From an uncultured archaeon (GTDB lineage: Archaea; Asgardarchaeota; Thorarchaeia; Thorarchaeales; Thorarchaeaceae), in assembly GCA_964631415.1 (NCBI GenBank), contig CAZVZC010000001.1:68638-132637 (forward strand): a stretch of 64,000 bases of DNA. The letters run 5' to 3'. The notes beneath the pieces were generated by a model that saw only the letters and a program-made list of their open reading frames with translations, did not search any database and had not been told where the DNA came from. The stretch's first letter is position 1. Each line of letters begins with the position of its first letter. Shown here in pieces: positions 29,516-38,878 of the stretch. Made by a program: the position numbers and the translations under genes.

Positions 29516-29884
29516 CTATGACTTGACCATCAACATGAGCGCGCGCTTGAGCGCGATTCTGAGAAGGCCCATTGACTCTTTCGCGCCTTCTCCGGCGATT
29601 GCAGCAAGGACGAGTTGGACATCACCCAAGACTATGACATATCCCTTGTCCGACGCTATACTAATCTCCTTTAGAATGCCCTTGTCAACCGCCGTGACTA
29701 GTTGCGACGAGTTCGCAGATATCTTGGCGATTAATGCTGCAACGTCTGTGTGTTTGATTCCAGCCGTAACGGTGTGACCGAACAACACCTTGCCCTTATC
29801 ATCACAAACCACAATGCCCTGTATGTCAGCATTTGCCGCCATGGTCTGTGCCACGACTGACTCTATCTTGGCCTTGTCCACCAT
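29516..29884 (-). CDS. roadblock/LC7-fold protein
   Basis: Helix-IQGIVVCDDKG-helix-three strands-MGLLRIAL helix pattern. Confidence 0.75.
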   Translation of the reverse strand: MVDKAKIESVVAQTMAANADIQGIVVCDDKGKVLFGHTVTAGIKHTDVAALIAKISANSSQLVTAVDKGILKEISIASDKGYVIVLGDVQLVLAAIAGEGAKESMGLLRIALKRALMLMVKS

Positions 29885-30201
29885 CGTGACAGTCCTCCGA
29901 AGATTTTCACCCGCTGTCATCATGTAGAGGTCTCTGAGATGTTTATATCTTCTGTGCTGACATCTCGCTATGACAGAGTTATCCTCACACTCCACTTATG
30001 ACGATGCTACGACCGTTCAGTGTGAGTTGGATGAAGTCGGACACAGGAGTTTTTCCATCCAGAGCCGGCACTTCGGCTGTACATCCTACTTGCCTGTTAA
30101 GTCCGTGGTTCCTCAGTGTACAGAAGCGGAAACATCAGCAATTGACTTAAAGCACAATGGGCCGCATCTGATTAGTGATAGTCTTCTGAGGGATAGTATC
30201 G

Positions 30202-31827
30202 ATGCCCATGCTTAGAACCAGTTCAGAGGCCTTTCCAGCCTCGAAAGACATGATCAGTGAAATTCCATATGTCCTGCGTGTTGAGTTTAGAGACCTCGCA
30301 CGCGACGTAACAAGAATCACAGGAATGCCAATCGCATGCCACAAATGTAACGGCTTTCTGATGAGCGTCGACCAGATTGTTGAGGACAGGAAGATCGGGA
30401 AGCACTTTGTCTGCCCCTTCTGTGGCACCTTGAATGTGATTGCAGGTGAAGTGGTCTTTGCCGGCTCAGACACGGATTTCGTCATCAAGCCAGCTCCCGA
30501 CAAGACCGAAACCACTACAGTCGCGTCTGCTGGCGGTAGGTCATTCTTGGCCGTGATTGATGTATCCGGCTCAATGGCTGGGGCCAATCTGGCAGCAGTG
30601 AAGAGGAGTCTGACCACCTCTGTTGAGAGCCTAGTCGCGAACACTCCCGATACGCTCTTCGGGTTGATCGAGTTTGAGAGTTCTGTTCTGTTTCGCAATA
30701 TGGAAACGGGCGAAGCCGTGCAGCTTCCAAGAGAGTCCTTTGCGAGCTTCGAGGCTATCACTGAAGCCGCACGAAAACTCATGGACAGAATCAAGCTTGT
30801 CAAGGTGGGTGGAAATGCTGGCACTCTAAAGCGTCACATCAATGCCCTGAGAGAGCAGGGTGGGACCGCTCTTGGCCCTGCGGTAGCCATGGCGTGTATG
30901 ATTGCCAAGCACCGAGGTGTAGGCAGGGTGATTCTTCTTACTGACGGACTTGCGAACGAAGGCATTGGCGCTCTTGAGGGCTACCAAGTCACTCCTGGAA
31001 ACAAGTACTATGAAGACCTAGGACGTCTGTTCAAAGACAATGGCACAGCGATCGATGTAGTTGGAATCGCCACTGGTGCAGGAATGGAGCTGAGAACACT
31101 GGGCCTGATGCCAGAGGCCACCGGTGGCCAGATGTACTATGTCACGCCAAATGAACTCGACAAGAGCCTGTCAGAGCTAGCGGGAGCATCGCTGCTCGGT
31201 CGCGATGTTCAAGTCCGACTTCTTACTCCGGTAGGCGTGAAGGTCAAGGACGCTTCAGGAATATCAAGGGCCGTTGTGGAAGAACTCAGGACGAAGAGCG
31301 AGAGCAAGATAGGGGTCGTGGGTGAGAATCACGAGCTCTATTTTGAGGTGGAGCCCGAGAGCAAGCTCAAAGCCAAGGAAGTCCCCATCCAAGTGCAGGT
31401 GGAGTACACTGACCAAGATGGGTCCAGACGGATGCGTACTTTCACCAAGAAGCTGCGGGTCACTTCAGATGAGAAGGAGCTCGTGAAGACAATGGACCCG
31501 ACCATCGGCGCCACTTTCGTTGTTCAGAAGGCTGGAGAGGAGGCCCTAGGCGGCGGTCGTGCCGCCGGCATGACTCGGATTGCCAGTTTCAGGGCTGCAA
31601 TGAAGGAGAAGGCCAAGGCCGCACCGGCGCCAGTACAGGCGAAGCTGCAGAGGGCCGATGATGCGCTTGCCTCCGAAGAGGAGAACATGGAACGCCAGGA
31701 AGCAGCAGTGGGCGGTGCGCGACCGGGGGCACCATCAGCCGCAGCCGATCAAGCAGTCACCGAGAACTTGGCCCAAATGAGAAAAGCGTCCAAGGCGCTC
31801 TTTCACGACGAAGAGGATGAGAAGTAG
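30202..31827 (+). CDS. Sec23/Sec24-like protein: zinc finger, vWA trunk, beta-sandwich, helical tail
   Basis: ACHKCNGFL...FVCPFCGTLN; FLAVIDVSGSM; GTALGPAV; LLTDG; ATGG; IQVQVEYT..DG.R.MR. Confidence 0.8.
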   Translation: MPMLRTSSEAFPASKDMISEIPYVLRVEFRDLARDVTRITGMPIACHKCNGFLMSVDQIVEDRKIGKHFVCPFCGTLNVIAGEVVFAGSDTDFVIKPAPDKTETTTVASAGGRSFLAVIDVSGSMAGANLAAVKRSLTTSVESLVANTPDTLFGLIEFESSVLFRNMETGEAVQLPRESFASFEAITEAARKLMDRIKLVKVGGNAGTLKRHINALREQGGTALGPAVAMACMIAKHRGVGRVILLTDGLANEGIGALEGYQVTPGNKYYEDLGRLFKDNGTAIDVVGIATGAGMELRTLGLMPEATGGQMYYVTPNELDKSLSELAGASLLGRDVQVRLLTPVGVKVKDASGISRAVVEELRTKSESKIGVVGENHELYFEVEPESKLKAKEVPIQVQVEYTDQDGSRRMRTFTKKLRVTSDEKELVKTMDPTIGATFVVQKAGEEALGGGRAAGMTRIASFRAAMKEKAKAAPAPVQAKLQRADDALASEEENMERQEAAVGGARPGAPSAAADQAVTENLAQMRKASKALFHDEEDEK

Positions 31828-32015
31828 ATTCCGAATGAGTCCTCTCTTTCAGAGAACCGCGCACTTCATCGCGAGATGGGTTTGTCCGGATCCGTGAGGT
31901 GTGCGGCCCCTCTTGCCAGCCAGAACATTGGCGCGGTCCGTTATCAGAATGCGCAATTGGTCCGTTGAGAAGACCCTGTTGCCACAAGTCTCAAATACCC
32001 AAGCGTGGGGTAGGA

Positions 32016-32354
32016 ATGCTAAATGCACAATTGACAGCAGCGGGGATTCTACAGTTGGTTAGCCAAGACAAGCTCCGGTCGATTCTCTCTAAGATCAAGG
32101 CGCAAGGAGGAGTCCGAGGAGTTGTGGTCACAAATATGGAGGGCTTGCCACTTAGCAGCGATCTAGACCCCGAAACGACTGAAGCTGTCGCCGCCATCAT
32201 AACCTCCCTCGTGGGCAAGGCACTTGATGCAGTGAGAGAACTCCGAGAGGGGTCTCTGTCATTCCTGACCCTCGACACATCTAAGGGTCAGATTAACATA
32301 GCACCCGATGTGAAAGAGGGGTTAATACTAGTAGTCCTGAAGAAACCGAGCTGA
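32016..32354 (+). CDS. roadblock/LC7 protein (start 32016 or 32055)
   Basis: GVRGVVVTNMEGLPLSS...AAIITSL; lacks the last helix, as in short roadblocks. Confidence 0.88.
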   Translation: MLNAQLTAAGILQLVSQDKLRSILSKIKAQGGVRGVVVTNMEGLPLSSDLDPETTEAVAAIITSLVGKALDAVRELREGSLSFLTLDTSKGQINIAPDVKEGLILVVLKKPS

Positions 32355-32369
32355 AAGGAGAACGATGAC

Positions 32370-32837
32370 ATGAGCGATCCAAAGGTCTTCGACAAGATCC
32401 TCACTGAGATCATCCGCCAAGACAAGGGCATAAAGAAGGTAATCCTTGTAGACAAGACTGGGCTGACAATCGCAAATGTCAGCAAGCTCAGCTACTTCCC
32501 GATTGACACAGATTCGATAGGCGCGATTGCGAGCGCGGTGTTTTGCGCCAGCGAGGAACAGGGGAAGAACCTACAGATCGGAGAGCTTGAGATTGTTACC
32601 TCTGAGTTCTCAGAAGGTAAGATATTCGCCTCTGCATGCGGCAAGGGTGTCCTGTGTGTTGTTTCCGAGTCCGAGGTGAACATTGGCCTCATCCGGCTCA
32701 TCATGAAGAAGCAGGGTGTTCAGCTCGCAGAAGAGTTGGAGAAGTTCTTGGCAGTCGAACCCACAGCACCGTCAAAGGGCAAGGAGCTGGACGAAGAGGA
32801 TCTGAAGTCTGCTCTGGCAGAGCTCGAAAAGGTATGA
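32370..32837 (+). CDS. roadblock/LC7 (MglB-like) protein with acidic C-terminal helix
   Basis: VILVDKTGLTI...IGAIASA...NIGLIRL plus ELDEEDLKSALAELE. Confidence 0.88.
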   Translation: MSDPKVFDKILTEIIRQDKGIKKVILVDKTGLTIANVSKLSYFPIDTDSIGAIASAVFCASEEQGKNLQIGELEIVTSEFSEGKIFASACGKGVLCVVSESEVNIGLIRLIMKKQGVQLAEELEKFLAVEPTAPSKGKELDEEDLKSALAELEKV

Positions 32838-33084
32838 GCCCGCGCTGGTCGCCGGAACTGACCTGTCAACTCAGCTCTTGTCTACTTAACGGACAAAGGC
32901 TTTTATGAGAGTACAATGTTACCACAGCCAGTTACCCGATTTGGGATGCCCGGCTCGGGGACTGATACTTGGCTCTCAGAGCATGAGAATTGCCCGGTGG
33001 TACGTACTCTCACACTGGTGGTGTTTCTGCGCCACCATGGCAGGGACAGTCCACAAGAACAACATAGCACCGAGGTGTTGAAAC

Positions 33085-33648
33085 GTGCGCAAGGATGACA
33101 AGGGCAGGATTCATCTCAAGCTGGTTTTCTATGGCCCGAGCCTAGGCGGCAAGACGACTGCGCTACGTTGGCTGTACGGAAAGGTTGAGGGTCTCCAGAA
33201 GGGAGAGTTTACAGCAATCGAAGATGAAACAAACCGAACCCTGTTCTTTGACTACGTACCTATGAGCGCGGGAGGTCGTGTCCTCTTTGACGTGTTCACC
33301 GTCGCAGGACAGAAGCGACACAGGCATCAGAGGAAGGTTGTGCTCCAAGGGACTGACGGGATACTGTTCGTTGCGGACTCATCTCCCGACCAGCGAGAGG
33401 AGAATGTTGAGAGCTTCGAGGAATTGAAGCTGTTCTTAGGTGATGTATTGGGCCGTGATATTCCCATTGTAGTCATGCTGAACAAGCGTGACCTGCCCAA
33501 CAGGATGTCTCGTGATGAGATGCTTGATCTACTGGGACTCGGTGGCAACGTACCGATCTACGAAACCATCGCCGTTCAGGGCGTAGGAGTTAAGAGAGCC
33601 TTCCAGGCCATAGCACGGGAAGTCATCCTTAAGAGAATGTACAAGTGA
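33085..33648 (+). CDS. MglA-type small GTPase
   Basis: KLVFYGPSLGGKTT, RTLFFDY, TVAGQ, FVADS, NKRDL, TIA. Confidence 0.92.
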   Translation: MRKDDKGRIHLKLVFYGPSLGGKTTALRWLYGKVEGLQKGEFTAIEDETNRTLFFDYVPMSAGGRVLFDVFTVAGQKRHRHQRKVVLQGTDGILFVADSSPDQREENVESFEELKLFLGDVLGRDIPIVVMLNKRDLPNRMSRDEMLDLLGLGGNVPIYETIAVQGVGVKRAFQAIAREVILKRMYK

Positions 33649-33658
33649 ATGCACCTAG

Positions 33659-34039
33659 GTGAGTCTGATGAGCGAGTCGCGGGGCGATACACTCGAGGGA
33701 GTCCTGAACGAGCTGCAAGGCAGTATTCCTGAGATTGAGGCCTGTGCCATAGTGAGTGTTGAGGGGCTTCCGATAGTTTCAGCCCTGCCAACCGACGTTG
33801 ATGAGGCGAAGCTCGCAGCGATAACAGCAGCGATGTTGACACTGGGTGAAAAAGCAGCGGTCGAACTGGGAAAGGGCAATCTTGAACAGGTCAATGTGAA
33901 GGGTGTCAATGGTTGGATACTTGTGATTCAGGCGGGGATGAACGCATGCCTCACAGTGTCAACCACAGCCAATGCGAAGCTTGGTCTTGTATTCCTTGAC
34001 ATGAAACGAGCTGCAGAGAAGGTAGCCCAACTCATCTGA
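33659..34039 (+). CDS. roadblock/LC7 (MglB-like) protein
   Basis: IEACAIVSVEGLPIVSAL...LAAITAAML...AKLGLVFLDMKRAA. Confidence 0.92.
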   Translation: MSLMSESRGDTLEGVLNELQGSIPEIEACAIVSVEGLPIVSALPTDVDEAKLAAITAAMLTLGEKAAVELGKGNLEQVNVKGVNGWILVIQAGMNACLTVSTTANAKLGLVFLDMKRAAEKVAQLI

Positions 34040-34128
34040 TTCCTTGGACACCTCAGCATCAAGCCTATTAGGCCATCCAATCTCTCACCTCACAGACAGG
34101 TCGTCCCATAAACAGGTCGTGGTGTTCG

Positions 34129-34896
34129 TTGAACTTCGCCGGGCCGGTGTACAGGCTCTATGAATACTGGCTGTACAAGCAGCTGAGTAAAGAGAAGGCG
34201 CCTCGACATGTAGGCATAATACTCGACGGTAATCGTCGCTATGCTCGTGAGCATGGTTTCGACGTGCCATGGATGGGGCATCACAAGGGCGCACAGAAAG
34301 TCATGGAGGTCCTGCGGATTCTCTGGGAGGCCGGTGTTAAGGTGTGCACGCTCTATGCCTTCTCAGTTGAAAACTTCCAGAGGAGCAATGAAGAGGTCAA
34401 AGAGATAATGACAATCGCCCGGAAGAAGTTCGCTGATGTCATTGGCAACCCAGATGTTCACAAGCACAAGGTCCGTATCAAGGCCATTGGTCGGGTTGAC
34501 CTCTTGCCCCCAGAGGTAGCGGAGGCAATCCACAAGGCCGAGGCCGAAACTGAGAAGTACACTGATCATATCCTGAATGTCGCCATTGGATACTCGGGGA
34601 GAGCTGAGCTGGTAGATGCAGTCAGGGCCATCGGCCAGATGATCAAGGCCGGAGAGATATCTCCCTCTGATGTGGACGAGCAAGTGATTGAGAGTCACCT
34701 GTACACTAATGGAGTCCCGGACCCGGACCTCATAATCCGAACATCCGGCGAAGAAAGGCTCTCGGGCTTCCTTCTTTGGCAGTCTGCTTATTCAGAGCTG
34801 TACTTTGCACAGGTATACTGGCCTGCAGTGAGGCGCATTGACATCTGGCGGGCCTTGCGGTCATACGAACTACGTTCTCGCAGATTCGGCAAGTGA
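34129..34896 (+). CDS. uppS: cis-prenyltransferase (polyprenyl diphosphate synthase)
   Basis: HVGIILDGNRR, YAFSVENF.R, IRTSGEERLSGFLLWQ, RRFGK. Confidence 0.96.
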   Translation: MNFAGPVYRLYEYWLYKQLSKEKAPRHVGIILDGNRRYAREHGFDVPWMGHHKGAQKVMEVLRILWEAGVKVCTLYAFSVENFQRSNEEVKEIMTIARKKFADVIGNPDVHKHKVRIKAIGRVDLLPPEVAEAIHKAEAETEKYTDHILNVAIGYSGRAELVDAVRAIGQMIKAGEISPSDVDEQVIESHLYTNGVPDPDLIIRTSGEERLSGFLLWQSAYSELYFAQVYWPAVRRIDIWRALRSYELRSRRFGK

Positions 34897-35034
34897 GGCA
34901 TGTATCGCGCTGTAGAACCATTGTTCTGACTGCAGGAGCAATCGAATGACACAGTGTTTTATATGTCCCGAGTTACCCGGTGGCCAGATGAGACAACGCT
35001 CAGTGAGAGCTGACACGACTAACGAAGAGAGTGC

Positions 35035-36285
35035 ATGGCTTTGGTCAGGACTCCAATCGAAGTCTACAGAGGGCTGGTCCGGACGCATCTTGGTGACGAG
35101 TTGCCAACACACCTTAGGGCTGTCACTGATCGATTCTCAGAGGGAACATTCGCTGGTCAGAGCACATCAGGCCACTTGACGAGACTCCTGACATTGTTCT
35201 GTCGGTTCATGGCATACCTTGACTCTAGAGAAGTCGCCAACTTATCCGATCTCACTCGCGCAGTAGACTTGCTTGATTACTTCGCATCGACCTCTAAGTG
35301 GTGGTCAATAACAAGAAAGGCGCCTGGGCTAGTGCTTAGGCCGCCATCACATGACCCGCATGAATTCATGGAATCTCTTGCCGCTGTCCAGCTTGGCAAC
35401 GAAACGCTTAGTCGTATCGCTGGCTCTACCGAGAAAATGTCACAGTACCTAGAAGAGCATGGCATAGCTGAGTCACGCACTAAATCCGATTTGTGTGAGA
35501 GTTTCGCCTCAGTCTGGGCGGTCATGAGCGCAATCGTTTCGAAGAGTCAGGGACGCACTGTAACCTCAGAGAACGACTTCGAAGTGGGATATGATGTGAT
35601 TCGGGTGCTGTTGTTCTACAGCTCAGTCGATGACTTCAAGGCGTTGACTGCCATCCGAACTGTGGGCACGAACCCCAAGATGCATCGAGCTGCGGGCGTG
35701 TCCTTGGCACCCGGTTTCGAACGAAAGCTGGACTCTTCGGCGATAGCTCGACTCGAACGGCTACACGGCGAGAGTCTGTCGAAGCTCGCAGGATTGACGT
35801 CGGGAGCCGGCCGTTCCATTCTCACAAACTCCCTCCGGTTTCTTGCTCAGCAGCTGGCAGTAGAGCGGGCTTTCATGAAAGTTGAGGAGCAAAGCTATGA
35901 ATCTACGATAGCAGCAGCATTAGTTGCGCTCAGGAATGTCGGCATTCCATCTGGGCTCTTTCAGGAGGAGTCTGCAGTAGTCAGCCTCTTCAAGAGCCTC
36001 AAACCCTCAGATGATATCGGGGAGCGAATCGGTTTCCTGATGAGACGTTTCGAAGGCCTGATTGCTGACTCCGCAGGCAGTCGTGAGTTTCTGCTGCAGC
36101 ATTCTCGGCTGGTACCTCAGCTGGTTTCATTGCTGCTACTTCTCGCTTCTGGGACTAAGCCGAAGCTTGAGGGCGGGCTCCAAGATCCCGACCTAAAGAG
36201 AGGCCTGATTCTGCTTGAGCAACTGCTCAACGACTTGGGCTCTGTGTCTTCTTTGTCTCCTCAATCAGAATTCTCGCATCGATGA
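35035..36285 (+). CDS. hypothetical all-helical protein, possibly with internal repeats
   Basis: 416-aa ORF with no catalytic motif recognised. Confidence 0.7.
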   Translation: MALVRTPIEVYRGLVRTHLGDELPTHLRAVTDRFSEGTFAGQSTSGHLTRLLTLFCRFMAYLDSREVANLSDLTRAVDLLDYFASTSKWWSITRKAPGLVLRPPSHDPHEFMESLAAVQLGNETLSRIAGSTEKMSQYLEEHGIAESRTKSDLCESFASVWAVMSAIVSKSQGRTVTSENDFEVGYDVIRVLLFYSSVDDFKALTAIRTVGTNPKMHRAAGVSLAPGFERKLDSSAIARLERLHGESLSKLAGLTSGAGRSILTNSLRFLAQQLAVERAFMKVEEQSYESTIAAALVALRNVGIPSGLFQEESAVVSLFKSLKPSDDIGERIGFLMRRFEGLIADSAGSREFLLQHSRLVPQLVSLLLLLASGTKPKLEGGLQDPDLKRGLILLEQLLNDLGSVSSLSPQSEFSHR

Positions 36286-36979
36286 CAAGTGCACCTTTGC
36301 CTTTCTCATAGACGAAAGTGGGGTTGCAGTCGAGTTCAACTATCTCTGGGTTCTCCTTCACCATCTTCGAAACTGCCAAGATCACATTGACCAGTGCGTC
36401 CACGTCTCGAGGAGGTTGACCGCGGACTCCCTCAAGGATCTTCGCCGCTTTAATCTCACTGACCATTTCACGTGCATCGGACTCTGACATCGGTATGAGT
36501 CTGAAGGTGACATCCTTCAGCACCTCCACGAATATGCCTCCGAGCCCAAACATCAGTGCATGACCAAACTGTGGGTCTCGCGTCACTCCAATGATGACTT
36601 CAGTGCCCATATCTGCGAAGTCAGAAATTAGCACACCACGGCTGAGATCCACTTTGACTCCTTTCTCCTTGCCATACTTCATTGCATTATCCACGATTTC
36701 CTGAAACGCCGTCTTGACTTCGCCCTCGTCTTTGAGGTTGATCTTAACACCCCCAGCATCCGACTTATGGAGGATGTCCTTGGACAGCACCTTGAGGACG
36801 ACAGGAAATCCAATCTTCTTGGCCTTGGAGGCCGCATCATCCGCTGTCGTTGCAGTGTCATAAGCAGGAATCGGAATACCATAGGCCCTCATGATATCCT
36901 TCGCTTCATTCTCTAAGATGTACGTCCGACCCTCCGCCAGGGCGGCTTCAAACACCTTCTTGGCAGTTTTCATTTGCAT
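36227..36979 (-). CDS. acdB: acetate/acyl-CoA ligase (ADP-forming) beta subunit
   Basis: FPVVLK, HKSDAGGV, DPQFG, GLGGIFVE, ELDCNP. Confidence 0.93.
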   Translation of the reverse strand: MQMKTAKKVFEAALAEGRTYILENEAKDIMRAYGIPIPAYDTATTADDAASKAKKIGFPVVLKVLSKDILHKSDAGGVKINLKDEGEVKTAFQEIVDNAMKYGKEKGVKVDLSRGVLISDFADMGTEVIIGVTRDPQFGHALMFGLGGIFVEVLKDVTFRLIPMSESDAREMVSEIKAAKILEGVRGQPPRDVDALVNVILAVSKMVKENPEIVELDCNPTFVYEKGKGALVIDARILIEETKKTQSPSR

Positions 36980-37131
36980 ATCAGACCTCGTCAGTTCCAA
37001 TCGGTGGCTCGTTTCCCGTTTTATTCTTTCTCAGTCCTGAAACGTTGGCTTTACACAGCGTAGTTTCAAGGAGTAGGGCCTCAGTGCTGTTCTTGGGATA
37101 ACAAGGGCTCCATTTCTCAACTTTGTACAAC

Positions 37132-38568
37132 TCATTCTGAACGGCTGAATTTCCCGCCATATCTGATTCTCCCATACTCCGCAAGTGCGCTTGCTGCGAC
37201 CGCCGCCTTCTCACCTGTTGCATAAGTAGGCGTACCCATAAGTTCCATTATTTCTCCTGCCTTCGTAGTGAATGCACCCCCCATTGAAACAACCACGAAG
37301 GGCTTTCCAGATTGGCGCTGGTAGTTCGATATCACATTCGTCACATCCATGCCCAATGAAGGCGTCTGCAACAGCATGCCAACCACGAAAATGTCGTACT
37401 CTCCACTCTTGATTGCCTCATCGAACACCGCATCATAGCGGCCAGCGTCAGTATCGCCGACGACATCGATTGGGTTGTGCCATGAGCAATAGGACGGTAG
37501 CCGCGATTTCATTTTTTCCTCCAATTCCGGGGACGGACTTGGCACCGCCAAGCCCAAGGCCTCGAGGGCGTCTGTGGTCATAACCCCCAGCCCTCCCCCA
37601 TTAGTGACCATGAGAACCCTGTTTCCTCTTGCAGGCGGTTGCATAGCAAGGGCCTTAGCCATGTCAAACATGTGCTCGAAGTTGTCTGCTCTAATCACTC
37701 CTGACTGCTTGTAAGCTGCATCAGCAATCTGGTCTAGACCTGCGAGGGCCCCTGTGTGAGAGCTGGCGGCAGCGCGTGCCCGTTTTCCCCTGCCTGACTT
37801 CACGACCAGCACTGGTTTCCGTAGTACGGTGGTTTTTGCAGTTTCGAAGAAGGTACGTCCTTTGTCTGTGTCATAGCCTTCTATGTAGAAGCAGATAACC
37901 TGTGTCGACGGATCTTCCCCTAGATAGCAGAGCAGATCATCGTCGTCCACATCACATTTGTTTCCCAGACTGATGATTTTGCTAATCCCTATCCCGAGTT
38001 CAGATGTCCAGTCAGATATGGCCGCAGCAAATGCTCCTGACTGGGATACTAGAGAAATGTTTGCTACGTTGCTGGGTTTCGGTCGTCCGCACCTGTACTC
38101 TGGCAAGAAGAACGTGTCCACACGAGTCTGGCTGTCTATCACGCCAACGCAATTGGGACCGATTATGCGTATACCGTGTGTTTTCGCTATCGCCACAATC
38201 TCGTCCTCAATCTCTGCTCCTGCAGGACCTGTTTCCGAGAACCCGCCAGAAATCACAATTGCCGCCTTCGTGCCCTTGGCCCCAATATCCTCGAACACTC
38301 TGGGCGTGATTCTTGCCGGGACTGCGACAACTACTAGGTCCACCGGGTCCGGAATCTCCTGCAGAGTCGGAAAGCAAGGCACGCCGAGGACGCTGGAGTA
38401 CTTTGGGTTGACTGCGTAGATCTTGCCTGTGTACTGTGGCTTTATGAAGTTCTGAATGATGGCCTGACCTACACTGTTAGGAGTTGCTGAGGCCCCGTAG
38501 ACAGCAACACTTCTCGCATTGAAGAAGTGGTCAATGCCGGTCGTATCTACCCCCGACAATGTCATCAC
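37132..38568 (-). CDS. acdA: acetate/acyl-CoA ligase (ADP-forming) alpha subunit
   Basis: GAS, GPNC.G, SQSGA, SHTGALAG phospho-His motif, TNGGG, NPID. Confidence 0.93.
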   Translation of the reverse strand: MMTLSGVDTTGIDHFFNARSVAVYGASATPNSVGQAIIQNFIKPQYTGKIYAVNPKYSSVLGVPCFPTLQEIPDPVDLVVVAVPARITPRVFEDIGAKGTKAAIVISGGFSETGPAGAEIEDEIVAIAKTHGIRIIGPNCVGVIDSQTRVDTFFLPEYRCGRPKPSNVANISLVSQSGAFAAAISDWTSELGIGISKIISLGNKCDVDDDDLLCYLGEDPSTQVICFYIEGYDTDKGRTFFETAKTTVLRKPVLVVKSGRGKRARAAASSHTGALAGLDQIADAAYKQSGVIRADNFEHMFDMAKALAMQPPARGNRVLMVTNGGGLGVMTTDALEALGLAVPSPSPELEEKMKSRLPSYCSWHNPIDVVGDTDAGRYDAVFDEAIKSGEYDIFVVGMLLQTPSLGMDVTNVISNYQRQSGKPFVVVSMGGAFTTKAGEIMELMGTPTYATGEKAAVAASALAEYGRIRYGGKFSRSE

Positions 38569-38878
38569 CCAGACAGATGTTACGTTCTCTGCGGCTGCGA
38601 CAAATGTGCCTGTCAGTTATACTTGTGGGTGCGGAAAAGCCGCCGGGGGTAGAACCATCTTGTGGTCTCTCAAACACGGCCTCAGACGGCTCTTGACCCA
38701 TTCATTCTCCGAGGTGGGTCGAACGCGCATTGTCCTCAAGGAGCTCGGCTTAGTTCCCTTTCTGGTAGGGCAGCTACTCTTGTGTCCAACTTCACTCAAG
38801 CGATAATATACTGTCAGCATTCCAAGACGCATCACAAGCCTAATAGCACATGAGAGATTTCCGACCCCGGAAAGCTCC

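Noticed and set aside
36227-36285. 59-nt convergent gene overlaps here and at 39843-39901
   Set aside because: Tail-to-tail overlaps are common in compact archaeal genomes
38569-38878. Long intergenic gap as a possible SRP RNA, RNase P RNA or C/D RNA
   Set aside because: No SRP helix 8 or RNase P P4 consensus seen; only a partial GTGATGC...CTGA pair without a C box
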